Shown: positions 35,707 through 55,300 of the stretch, piece by piece
Position numbering within the stretch: the first letter of the stretch is position 1
How the letters are laid out: the number at the start of each line of letters is the position of its first letter
Assembly (NCBI RefSeq): GCF_964355755.1
Contig: NC_092676.1
Location: 21,966,871 to 22,030,870, forward strand
DNA from: Antedon mediterranea
Lineage: Eukaryota > Animalia > Echinodermata
DNA length: 64,000 nt
Reading direction: 5' to 3'
Program-made: the position numbers and the translations under genes
The notes under the pieces: generated by a model
Databases searched by the model: none
Seen by the model: the letters and a program-made list of their open reading frames with translations, nothing else
Told to the model about the DNA's origin: nothing

Positions 35707-38372
35707 TTTTATCCTATGTCTTATATTATAGTATAGTAATACAGTATATACTTATATGTTAGGGTTAACTTATAGGGAAAACAGCATATCATCTATTATA
35801 ATATGATCTTTATCCTTATCCATTCATATAATACCCTATTAAACTGACAGTTTGTAGGGTCCCAAAGGTGTCCCTTGATAGGATTAAAAAAACAGTGGAA
35901 CATTCTTAATATTTAGGAAAACCAATATTAATAAAAAACACAATATAATTTATAATTTGAACCTGAATTTGAGTAATAATATTTACTGTAGAAGCATGGA
36001 GTACCACTGTGGACAAGGTGTTCCCCGTCACTGTATGTATTGTGTCTTATTCAAATTTGTAAAGAGCACTACTAGTACAACTACTAAAATGGTTACTATT
36101 CCTGAATATGTTAACATACAGTACAGTATTATGTTTTAATTAATATTATCAACACACAAATAAGCTAAATCTATGCTAATAATAACCTTAAACGTACAGG
36201 TACCAACATGCATTAAACCAGTCATTATCAATATATTCTGCTTGCATATTAATGCTAAACAGTGAATAATAAGAATAATTGAACATCATGGAGATCAAAT
36301 TTCCATATATTAAATTAAAATATGTAAAATGCTGGTGGTAGAATTGTTTTAAAACACACAAATTAAATAATTATACTATAGCACAACAAAAATTGCAATA
36401 TCTACAAAAATAAGTAAATTATTAAAAATTAAACTACGTTTGACAGTTAAATGAGAATTTTTAAATGAAAAAATGTACAAACATTTGAACAAAAATAAAC
36501 GGTTATTTACATAAATTTGGCTAAAAAAAATAATTTTCAGTAATTTTTAAAAAACATGTCAGCTGGTTATACCAAAAATGAGCATTTTTATTTATCGCAC
36601 ATTTTAAATGTTTTTATTATTAATTATTTAATTCAATATCAGTTACTGTAAAACTACTATTACATAGGGGCAATGTATCCCCTTAATAGGTATGTCATCC
36701 ACTTAATAGTGGTTGATCGTAAAGATATATTTTCCACCTGAAAAAATCACCTAAAACTTTTTCACTTTGACCAAAAATTTGATTTTTACATCTTTATTAT
36801 TGTTTTTTTTTTAAATGTTTTGGGGAACATCTTTACAACATACAGCTCATATTTCTGCTCATTTTGTTTAAAAGGAAAGTGTCCCTTGAATAATGTTCTA
36901 TTCTACTATATTTGCATTATGGAATGATCTATACACAACAAATATGAAGCAAATATTTACATTCACATTTAACAAACATATAATTAGCATAATGACCACA
37001 AATTACAGTTGTTTTTTTTTTCATTCATTTCAAGTTACAACAGCAGTGTTTTTGCATAAATCATGGTTGAACGTGGGAAAATCGCTAACAATTTAGGTTG
37101 GTAAATTTGGGTCATATGCTGTCAATATTCCAAAAATTACTTCTCCATAAATAACCCTGATAACATGGTTTTCCCTAATAAAAAAGTAGCAATTGAAGTG
37201 ATTATAATTTAGTGCAACTCTTTGTACGGGTTTTACTGCAAATGCTAGTTTTGTCAGATATGAACAGTACACTATGAATGGCTCCTGAAAAACAATTAAG
37301 GAAACCCATAACATGTGTAACAACCTTACCAGCAATTTTAACAATTATTTACATCGATTAATTCACATTCAATTCTTTTGTAATTTATTTCTTAATTATA
37401 CTTTTAAACAGTGATAATAAATGTAATACCAAATAATAAACATTTGACAACATTAATGTATAATAAACTACAAAAAAACATTTACATTTATGATATCGGT
37501 ATTCTTCCAGAAAAAAACCAATAGTAATCTTCGGCCATTCAGGACTAAAAACTCTATTATGGCAGTTGACATAGGTGTAACTGATCTTTAACTGGAGTGG
37601 TCTTGCTGTAAAGTAACTGTAGAAAGTCACGGTATTGTTAACTAATGAATTTAATAAGAAATACACAATTTGTTACAAGCACCTAGTCTCTATCCTAATA
37701 TTTTTTAATGTATTTTAGTTACACAATAAATCTACTACAGAGACCTCAACTTGAAAAGTGAAATATCGGGAGAATTTCTGAAAGCATGGACAAACAAGAG
37801 AGAGCACTTTGAAAATTGAATACATTAAATTATAAATGGCGCTAAAACAGTATCAGACATTAGCATCTACAGTAAATAATGGATATCCTAGGCATGGTAA
37901 AGGTGGAAATGTGTTTGCGAAACCGGGACCTATTATGGTATATAGAACTTTCAGATAAGACTAGAACTATCTTTAGATATTTTGAATCATTACTTGTGAC
38001 TATATGCAGTGTTTGAAAAAGCAGCAGGTACCACAAAAAAAAATTTATCATTACTAAAAATGACAGTGCAGTTCAATATACAATTATGATAGGTCCCTCG
38101 TATTAAAACTACATTTATACATTCCAAGTGTAGTTTACCAAAAACAATCTTATAGACCAGTAACAGACTGCTATCTGACTTTACTTCACAGTATTTACCC
38201 CCACCCCTCTTACACCCCACCCAGCTTCTTCGTCCCCATAAAAAATGTTTAAAACCAACAATTTCCACTGTACAGATCCAACGTAACATTGTAAAAAAGG
38301 TGTTTAATTATCCCAAGTGATTTTGTACAATCGTTACTTGCGATTAGATCGCTGTAATAACCAACCTGACTT

Positions 38373-41300
38373 TCAAACTCTTAGGATTTCCAAACAGCTG
38401 TTGTAACAGATTGCAATCCAGTCTGGTTGTGTCGCCGCCCACTGAATCTGGTTGATTTCTCCCTCTGCTGTATAGGCTAGTATTGGATCCTCAATGGCTC
38501 GTGGCATTTGCTGGATGTCCCAGATAAGAGCTTGGTGGTCGTCGGCTGAAGAAATAAGCATTTAAAATAATTTAGATCAATATTTTTTAATTGATAAATT
38601 CAACCAAAAAAATACAGTCTTTTCAGGTACATAATTGCTTTCCCGGTCAAAGTGAATAACTATTAATGTAACATTAAAATGAAATATTTTTTTATTTCAG
38701 GGGGACAATACATCTTTAAAGATCTGTGATTTGCATAGCACAGATCTTTCAATATGCATCCTCATGCATGTGCGCAAAAATAAAACCAATTGAATTGAAA
38801 TTTCCTTATCTTGTCCTTCGAAAGGGATAAAACAATTTACTGAAAAAAATACAAATTTACCTGCTGTACATATGTGGCATGATGAGTGTGGTGCCCACGT
38901 AATCCCATTGATACACGCTCTGTGATTGCTAAGTCGTGCAACTGGTGTGCAAGGAACTCGTACATCCAAGATTATCACCTATTCACAAAGAAAAAAAGAT
39001 ATTTTTATATTTTCATACTTATCCTCAATTTATATTGAAATTTAGATACCTAGGGACCATAAACAACAGGGGTTGAGAAGGACAAGTGCACTGGGGTAAC
39101 TCCTCAGTCTTTCGAAAATGCACGGTGCTTTCTAAAGGAAAAATAAGCAAGATGTGTATACTAACCCTAACCTCCAGTTTTTAATTCTTCCGAAAACACT
39201 TTTACCGCCAGAACCCTGTCTGACAAGATTCTTGAAACCGGTCTTGATTTCATGGATACAGTTCGCAGCTTCTTGTAAGTATTGGCAAATGTTTTTGTAA
39301 ATACATATAACACATTTCCATGCACTGAATGCAAAGCAATAAGGACCAAAATACATATGTCAATGGGCTTTTATGAAAAATAGTGGATCAAATAATCATA
39401 CCTCACAGGAGTCCATTGCCATTGTTGCCAGGTAGTTGGGATCTTGTTTGTTCCAACACAGTCGCAGTAACGGATGATGATTTGGGTCTTCATATATAAT
39501 AGTAGAATGCTCTAAGTGTCGAAGGTCAAACATTCTTACTGAACCATCTGCACCAACCGAGGCAAACATGTCTCGTCCTCCACCTGCTCGGCTAAAAGCT
39601 ATATCATACACCTAAGATAAAAAAAATAACACATCATTACATACATACAGTATGGAGAGGAGGAGGTACAGTAATGTAGGTTTACCAAGGAAAGCTAGGC
39701 ACACCATAAACTTACTCATAATGAAACCATGCATACAATATTTTACCTCTTTATCATGGGCTATAAGTTGTGTTTTCACATGTCCGGATACCATGTTGAC
39801 CCTTCCCAGCACCTGTCCAGTCTCCAGACCCCAAATAGTACATGTTGTATCAATACTGGATGTCCCTAAAAGGTTAGGGTCTACCTCGTTCCAATCAAAG
39901 GACGTCAGAGGTGCACAGAAATCGGAGTTTTTATTCTAGATAAAATTAATAAGAACAAAATGAGAATATTATAAAAGAAAAAGTTTTACGATTTAAATCT
40001 ACTGTAAGATAAAAAAATTGTCCATCATGTCTATTATTACTTTTAGACAACCTCAGTTGCAGTTTGAAAATGACAAACTTGTTGTTTAGTAGACAGAAGA
40101 TGACACAATGCTGTACTGTGTAGGCACTACATTTAACAGTACTGTAGTTCACTTATAGAAGACACCTTCTCGTGAAACTAACAAGTTAAAATATGCTTAT
40201 AAAACATAGGAGCTAATCAGGAGACACCCCTATTAAAAGACCATATTGGTTGAAATAAATAAAAGAAAGGTGTCCCATTAATAGAGGTTCTGCTGGATAG
40301 TGAAAGCACTGTAATTATTTAGTGGAATCCCTATTAAGGGGACACAATCAGGGCCCAACATAGTGTCTGTTAAAGAATTGAATATTTAACGGTGTCCCCT
40401 TAATACAGTAGGTTCTAATGGATAGTGAAAACACTGTAATTATTTAGTGGAATCCCTATTAAGAGGATACAATCAGAGCCCAACATAGTGTCTGTTAAAG
40501 AATTGAAATAAATAAATGGTGTCCTCTTAATACAGTAGGTTATACTGGATAGTGAAAGCAGTATATTAATCAGTTACAGTGGAATCCCTAGTATTACAGG
40601 GACACAATAATGTCCCCTTAATAGTTGTGTCCCAAATGAGGGGTTCTACTCATAGTAAACAATACACTTAACGCACCATATGTTAGTGAGCTAAAATGTA
40701 AACATTGCAGATTTGAAAATGGCATATCTAAATACGTCTAAAGCCGTAAAGCACACAAGCTGATGATGATAGGATTTAGTCCTAATTGCATCCATTAAAT
40801 GTCACTTAGGATAAATTGTCTTTTTACCAAGAGTCTAGTGTTTAACGAGCTGTACAAGTCAAAAGCGAAGACGATGTGAATTAGCATTTCTGATCATGCT
40901 ATATAATTATAGTTTAAGATATTCATAGAAGAATTCATATTATTTGCAAATAAACCACTGTTAATGTAACTTTAAAGAGAATACTTTGAATCTTTTGATC
41001 TTTCAGTACGATAACATTTAAATGGCAAACTATTATACATTCCAGGGAGCGAACAGACACAGAATGTCATTCTTGTTGTTGCTATCAGACTACATAATAA
41101 TGAGTTCCTAAAGCTCTGTCTACACCACTATCAAACTAGTTTGATGTGCCCAAATATGGTAGTGATATGCTCAAATATGCCGAAATATGGTTGTGATTGA
41201 CATCATCATGTCCATATGGGCACATCACATTTTTTTGTCACATAAAGTTTGCTAGTGTAGGCAGGGTTTTCTAGTGTAGGCAGAGAGTTAGATAAGGAAT

Positions 41301-43051
41301 TGGACTAGTGTACTTGTTGTGTTCTATATTGAACATAATTAGAAGTATTTTTAAGGAAATCAAAATCATTAATTTTAAATTCCTGTTATGACAATGAATT
41401 ATAATTTGGGAAACTCTTAATTAAGCGGATTATGAATTTTCAAGGTTTACTTGGATGTTAGAATATCATAAAGTCTAATGAAAAATTATCAAACACGGCT
41501 TTTTTATGAAATAAATAACAGCCGATGTGCACTGTATTCAGATCAGGTGTAGTATTGTGTAGGAGAAAACAAAAACTGTAGTTAAAATTAACTAATATGT
41601 CTTTGTGTGAACAGGACTTAAGTACTTACATTATTCAGCAAACATTCTAATCTTGTTTCCGAATCTGAATGCACCCTCCAAACCCTTAAGTAATCGCCAC
41701 TTGTTGCCACAAGATCAGGGAAAACACCTTTCTGTATAAAAACAAACAAATAAGAAAACGCATAAGTCACTAACTCAGTTCATTCTCACCAATTTTCATG
41801 ACAAAGCATACTTTGTAAATATTTTGTAATTTGTTTTTCTGTCAAATTTGTTGCATTTATTTACTGTATACTTGTTGTACATCTCATTGAGACTGTGCCT
41901 CTGATGATAATAAGAAAGATACAATAAACTTCCGTTGACCCAATTAAAAAATTGGAAAAAAATGTGTTTCATTTTAAGGTTGCCATGGATTGCCAGGGGT
42001 GTTTAAAAAAAAATATATTTTTATTAAGTTTCTATGACACAATACAGGTCATCGCAGATTTGATATTGAATTGCTGTACACCATGTATGTGCTAAATGTA
42101 TCTTGTTAAATAATAGACCATTACAGATTTTGTTTATTAATAAATACTACTAACACTATCTGGAATCCACATGATTTTGGTTGTAGGGTAAGGATGGTCA
42201 AATGTACTTTTGCTCTGAAATTCCGACGTTTCTTCATTTAATGCAACAATTTGAACCTGAAAGCAAAAGAATATCGTAAAATTATAGTCAAAAGGCAATT
42301 TTTAAGGTCACGTGAGGACTAATCATAATGCGTAAACCACACTGCTGCTGCATAAAAATAAAATAAATGCACACATTACATATGCAAACATTGATTATAC
42401 CTGTAACCTAGGTAGTAGAAATTTTTTGTACCACTCACCACTGAATTGATGATTATCTGGACAATTTTGTTACGCACCTTGGTGGCTAGGGCTAATTTTG
42501 TTTTTAAATAATACTGCTGAATATTAAAATATGTAGGCTAGGCCTATAGTCTAGTACTAATACTAATCAGAAGTTCCAATTATGTTAAAGAGGCCCCTTG
42601 GCCCAAAAAGGGCCTAAACTAGGCCTAGCCTAATTTCTAAAATTAAATAATTTGTAGGCCTAATTTCTAAATATTTATTTTATATATAAGTTAACCATCA
42701 TTTCATTTAAAAATTACATTAGGCCCTCCTAGCTAGTAGGCCTACTAGGCCTATATGCTAGCCTACTAGCCAAATTAGGTAAATAACTATATATAGGCCT
42801 AGGCCTAGTAGATACTACAATTTAGCTAGGCTACCCCAAGGAAATGCATACACAGACAGCAATATGGTCAGGCCTACCTTGTTGTTGTATTCTTCGACGA
42901 AGCTGCCGACTGCAAGCCTGAACCTTTTGTCCGGACGGACACTCCAGTTCATGCTGTAAACAGTCCATGGTGCTTCGTACTTGTAAATTTCTTTACGTTT
43001 TCCTGATATACCCCCCAGTTTCCCCCCACAGCCTAATGAGGCCGACAACAT
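38373..43051 (-). CDS. DCAF7: DDB1- and CUL4-associated factor 7 (WDR68/HAN11)
   Basis: Exons 43051-42878, 42256-42155, 41731-41630, 39935-39747, 39611-39402, 38978-38861, 38545-38373; [69 protein letters not shown]. Confidence 0.96.
40140..40650. repeat. Tandem array of ~124-bp Tc1/mariner-type MITE-derived units in DCAF7 intron 3
   Basis: Repeated TAGTGGAATCCCTATTAAGGGGACAC...GTGTCCCCTTAATA; a related single element TACAGTAGAACC..TTTACTGTA lies at ~44003-44169. Confidence 0.6.
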
Positions 43052-43109
43052 CTTATAAAAGTGGTAAAATAGCTGCAAAGATAGTTGTTTTGATTTTTTA
43101 TCAGGCAAC

Positions 43110-43436
43110 TTTAGAAATCGACATACGGCGGCGAAGATGGCGATGTTTTTCTCTGTACAATGTAAATAATTGCCAGGACATCAATATTTTTTAAGTGAAA
43201 TAATATATTTATATTTTTTTCAACTAAGCTATCTTCATTCTTAATGAAAAGAAAACAGCAATCAAGTTATCTGAGTATATATTGTACATTTATTTTTTAA
43301 GGATTCATGTCTTTCATGTTTGGTTTTTTTCGTGATATTCAAGAAAATCGAACTATCTACGTCGACGAGTTATCAATTTTTTTATAAACAGCGCCCTCTA
43401 AATCCGGCCTTTTCAATTCCATCTTGATTTTGGAAA
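43110..43436. promoter_or_regulatory. Bidirectional DCAF7/RPL32 promoter with RPL32 5'-TOP/TCT-like non-coding exon 1
   Basis: YY1-like AAGATGGCG (~43134-43142), CAGCGCCCTCTA (43389-43400), pyrimidine start CCTTTTC (~43408) and donor GTGAGT at 43437. Confidence 0.65.
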
Positions 43437-43828
43437 GTGAGTGAAATATTGAAGTGAATTTATTTCTGTTATTATCCTTTATATATCGCTTGCATCTTCA
43501 TCTGAAATGTGAATTTATACTTTAAAATAATTAAATATAATCACAAAGTACTTTTATTTTTTTTAATATTTGTCTGATTTTGGGATATAAACGTCATTGT
43601 ATAGTCCCTATACGCCTCACGGTCCACGGAGCGGAGTGTTGTGTTTATTCGTGGTCTGAATGGAATATCCGTCCAGCCTAGCCTAGTCTAGCCGTAGGCG
43701 TACACGGATACACAAATGTGTAGGCTAGCCTGCATAAAGAGAGAGGACCTTAATAAAGTTAATCTAGGCCTAGCCTATAACTTACTGATTTTTATTTTTT
43801 CAGTATACCAACTACCAAAACAAACAAG

Positions 43829-45359
43829 ATGGCTATTCGACCACTTGTGAAACAAAAAATTGTCAAAAAGAAGACCAAGCGGTTTATCCGTCATCAATGT
43901 GATAGATATGTAAAGGTTAAGGTAGGTTTATGCTTGGTTAAATTTGTTTGTTTGCATACACAATTACCAATCTGTATGCCGATATCTGTAATACATTAAT
44001 ATATACAGTAGAACCCGGCAATCATTGGGACACCCCTACACTACCCTTTGAAACTAAACAATTGAGTGGCAATATATTTTTCTGTGACCAATCCCTAATC
44101 AGATGACTATTTAGCCTATTTATTATTAAGGGGACACTATGTTGGGTCCTAAAAGTGTCTTTTACTGTATTCAAAAGCTTGTGAAAAACGATAAAATCTA
44201 TAAACAATACCAAAAATAAAATTACACAGCACATTATTTAAAATAAATCTTTTCCTTATCTTGTAGCCAAGTTGGAGAAAGCCAAAAGGTATTGACAATA
44301 GGGTACGTAGACGTTTCAAGGGTCAGATGCGTATGCCTAAGATCGGTTATGGAAGCAACAAAAAAACAAGACACATGATGCCAGACGGTTTCAAGAAGTT
44401 CCTTGTACACAACATTAAGGTAAGGCTGTAAAAATGATTATTTCTCCTCCATAACTGTGTCATTAAATTAATGTCGGAAAACAAACGAATCAGAATTACC
44501 TAATACTGTATTTTAAAAAAGACAAAATTAAACACCATTTTAATTTCTGTTTAAGGGAAAACATAAAAATACTTCATGTTTGCCACCCTTTCTAAGCATC
44601 CTGCCACCCTTTCTAAGCATCCTGCTACCCTTTCTAAGCATCCTGCCACCCTTTCTAAGCAGCCTGCCACCCTTTCTAAGCAGCCTGCCACCCTTTCTAA
44701 GCAGCCTGCCACCCTTTCTAAGTATCCTGCCACCCTTTCTAAGCAGCCTGCCACCCTTTCTAAGCAGCTTGCCACCCTTTCTAAGCGGCTTGCCACCATT
44801 TCTAAGCGGCTTGCCACCCTTTCTAAGCGGCTTGCCACCCTTTCTAAGCGGCTTGCCACCCTTTCTAAGCGGCTTGCCACCCTTTCTAAGCGGCTTGCCA
44901 CCCTTTCCAAGCAGCTTGCCACCCTTTCCAAGCAGCTTGCCACCCTTTCCAAGCAGCTTGCCACCCTTTCTAAGCAGCTTGCCACCCTTTCTAAGGAGCT
45001 TGCCACCCTTTCTAAGCAGCCTGCCACCCTTTCTAAGCAGCCTGCCACCCTTTCTAAAGCTGTTTCACCTCCTTTATACGGTTTGCTTCCATCTAAAATT
45101 TCTTTGCTAGTTATTTGCTGCCCTCTTAGGTTATTAGCTGCCCATTTCCAAGTTCTTTGATGGAATTGTGTACATATTTAAATTATATTTTGTTATTTAG
45201 GAGTTGGAAGTACTAATGATGTCAAACAAGACCTACGCCGCTGAAGTTGCTCATAATGTGTCAGCTCGCAAGAGAAAACTCATTGTGGAACGTGCACAGC
45301 AATTAGCCATCAAAGTAACGAATGCTCATGCAAGGCTGAGGAGCGAAGAAAACGAGTAG
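43829..45359 (+). CDS. RPL32: 60S ribosomal protein L32 (eL32), 134 aa
   Basis: Exons 43829-43921, 44267-44419, 45201-45359; [52 protein letters not shown]; AATAAA at 45392. Confidence 0.97.
44581..45057. repeat. 21-bp minisatellite (TGCCACCCTTTCTAAGCAGCC)n in the last RPL32 intron
   Basis: About 23 tandem units with block-wise variants. Confidence 0.95.
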
Positions 45360-46098
45360 ACCTCTATTATGTTTATTAATTTCAGATGAAAAATAAAAAC
45401 AATGTAAAAAGACTAAAAATTACTGTTTTGATTTTCATTGTCGTCGATTTTATTTTATAGAGAAAAATTTAAAAAATGTTAAAGAAGATGCAATGTATTT
45501 GTGCAGGCAGTGTGTGTGTGTATTATCCTCTGGCTGTGTTATAGCTTCGTAGCCGGCAGCAATATAAAATGTTCTGATATGGAATTACATAAATTTGAAC
45601 CTTTGATATTGTTGATGAAAGTTGTAAGGAGATGGTAATTACTATTAACAAGTTTTGATAGATAATTGCCTGTTGTTATTACAGTATTATGTTATGAATT
45701 TTTAAAGTAGAGGTATAATTATTATTATTAATGATGAACGTCCTGCATAAAATAACAGCATAATAGAGCATGCGTTTGTGTACAAAGGGAGATGTCAGTT
45801 TAGTTGTGTTGACAGAACCAAAGAATATCCTTGACAGAACTTATAATAGTGGTAAAAGAAAGGAAATTCACTAAAATAACAGAAGAAGAGTCAAATTTAC
45901 TTGGGAAAAATATATTTTCACTATCACTAATTATCTCAAAAGTCTTGTATTGGTGAAAGAAATTCACGTTGTTATTTACACTGTAAGAGATAGAGTTGTA
46001 TTCATTTATGCATTTAAAAATTCAAGTAGTACCCCCTCTATGATTGGTAGTTGAGATATTAAAAACGAACAAACATTTCATTAAACAAAAAAAGAAAG

Positions 46099-52336
<6,238 letters not shown>

Positions 52337-55300
52337 ATACACTGTACCACACTCATACTGTACCTAATGTCCAGTCCAGTAAGGCCAAATATTTGGTTTG
52401 CATAACCTAAACTGTCCAATATTATTGAAATGTGTTGTAAAGAAATACAAAGTTAAATCATCTTCATCAACCAGACAATATTTATATTTTATGCCCAGAA
52501 AGAGTAATTTTATTATTTTTTTATACCTCCCCACAAGGTATTTTACTGGGATGCAATGCTAAAAATGATTACATTTATTTGGCCTAATTCATAACTTGAT
52601 TTCTTGGGACATGCAATAGAACAATTTTAGCTTGGCATACTGGTATGTCTAATTATTATTCTGAATATCTTGGCAAGTTCATTCTAAACAAAAGCGACAA
52701 AAACTCAAATGTATTAACTGTGCATGCATATAAACACTGTAAACTGTGTCTATGCTTTTGTATTAACTATGCTACAATTAAAATCACTTTTTAAGTGACA
52801 GAATTAATATTATTGAAAACTTTGTCCAGTCTGTTTATTTTAATGGTGTATTCTTGAATAAAGATTCCAAATTTAAGCTATAAAGGACTGTCCACACTAT
52901 CAAACTAGTTTAACAAAAAAAGTGTGATGTGTTCACAAACATAATAGTGATATTACATCATCATTTCTATATATGGGCACATCACATTTTTTGTCACATA
53001 AAGTTTGACAGAAACATCAATGTTCTTTTAATTTAATAAGTTTAACATGACGTCATGAGTGACAAGAAATATCTGAGACTAGAATGTTAAATATAACAGA
53101 GTAGTCAGGCAAAGTTGATAATGTCTTCCTGTCTCCGAATTATTCATTAAATATATCAATACCATTTACATACTGCAGGCTAGGATTGAGAATATTGTAT
53201 CGAGGTGCACAGATGGTTGGGGAGGGGTGACGTTTGTGGTGTGAGAATTTGCTAGGTATAAAACGGGGTATAAAACTTTAAATATAATTAGTGAAACGTA
53301 ATATTAATAATACAACCTAATAATAATATTTTTGATTAGATTTATACTAGAGTTATTGCAGTTCGGTTATGGGTTGTAGGATAAAAGTAATTATGACGTG
53401 GATGGCGTGCGTATACTGTATTGTTTGTCCGTTATTATAGTCTTCAGAGAGAAAATTAATGGCCACTTAAAAGTATGGCCTGGGAAAGTTTTAAACTCTG
53501 GACTTCTATTGATACCGACACATGGGATAGGATGGACAGGTGGTGTTACCAGATTATTATTACAAGTAGAATGAGGATTTAATTAAAATGAGTCTGAAAT
53601 AGCCTGGCTTTGTAGTTTACGTTTTTTAGTGATTCTTACGCTTTGAAAATGAGTAGCAGCAGTAGTACAGGTTTTTCATTGTAACCATTTCAGTTTTTAG
53701 AACTACAGTAAAAACCTTATTAAGGGGACATCTTCGGGTAGGCCTACATAATTGTCGTGGGAAGTAGGCCTACACGAATCGGCGAAATGATATTTCAAAG
53801 GTAGAGCTAAACAACTAAAACCCCCCACTATCAGCACCCCTGATCTTAGAGTCACGATAACATCTACCACAACAGGTCTGTACTTCATAATTTACACCCC
53901 ATCTCTTCCTAATGTGATAGAACCATACACACTAGCAGTGTGTAACCCATTACAAGAAATACATACAATAGATTTCTTTCTTTAAGCCTATGCCCTATCA
54001 CCTAAGAAGCTACTAAATCACCTCAATAACCAACTAAGTGCGTTACTCAATGGTTCCCCTGATGAAATTAAACTATATTCCAGACACCTGTCACGGTGGT
54101 TTCTGTTGTCACAACACTGGTTTTTACCTAATATAAAAAATATAAACCTCAGGCCTCTTTAAGATATCCAATCGTTTTTAAGAATCATTTATACGACATT
54201 AGTAATGATGGATATGAATGTTTTCTGCATTAAACAAAAATCGAACAAATTTTCATCCTAAAGCTCTGTCTACACTGTCACTAGTTCAGACAAAAAGTGT
54301 GATGTGCCCAAATATGGCAGTTATATATCTAAAGATGGTGGTGGTATGACATCATCATGTTCATATATAGACACAATGACACATTGGATTTTTTTGGTCA
54401 CATAAAGTTTGGTAGTGTAGACAAGCCTTAACACTATATATAGGATAACCATATTATGCTTTTGGAGTTGTGTGCGACACGGTTTTTGAATATAATATGC
54501 GTGATCGAAATCCAACATGTTAGTGTAGGCCAATGTATGCGGCGTCTATCTATAACTCTGCAGCCAAAATCCGAACGCCGCATTTTTCATGGTCTAGTCA
54601 AAGATGCCGATTAATTCGATAAAGTTTATTAGAGAAATAGAATATAGAAGCAACATATTTTCATTCCACTGTCATTTCTTATTTCACTCGGCTCCATTTC
54701 AATGAATAGAATAAGCCTACTCAGTATTTCAACTCGTTAAAAGTATTCTCCTCATTCTAAATTGTACGCCTTCAACACTCATGTTTAATTTTGCAGCACA
54801 AAATGGTTAGCATAAAACTAAAAAATAAATAAGAAAAATTTATTTAAAGGCTGTTTTTTGTTGTTTTTTTTTGTCAAAAACAGGTACGTACGTCGACAAT
54901 TTGTCATATTAAAATGTGACGGGGAAACAATTTTTTTTTTTTTTTTCAAATTCGACGCAACCGAAAATATCCGAAAATAGTAGACACACCAACAACTCTA
55001 TATATGTAGCGATTTCGAAATCATTGTAAACTATATACTTGTTCTCCTTTAATTTTGCAATACATCCTGTAGACAGTTGATCTTTCAAACAATTCATTTC
55101 CTACTGTTATGCACAGTGTACACAAATTTGAGATTAACTGCGTTTAATTTAAACCTGCTCACGTCCAAAGATAATTGTATTCATTTCAGATGGGCATTCA
55201 CCTCTGTTTTTAAACCTCGTTCTCTACGACGTTATTCGCATGTTTGTTTTCTTTCTGGGAAACAATTACCTCAAATTACATGTAATTATTAGAAAATATT

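Noticed and set aside
42436-42492. Possible extra DCAF7 exon ending at a GTGAGT donor
   Set aside because: Contains stops, and the true exon 2 (42256-42155) supplies the expected conserved sequence.
44551-45160. Heptad-like ORFs (ATLSKQP / LERVASC)n
   Set aside because: Minisatellite inside the last RPL32 intron; RPL32 is complete without it.
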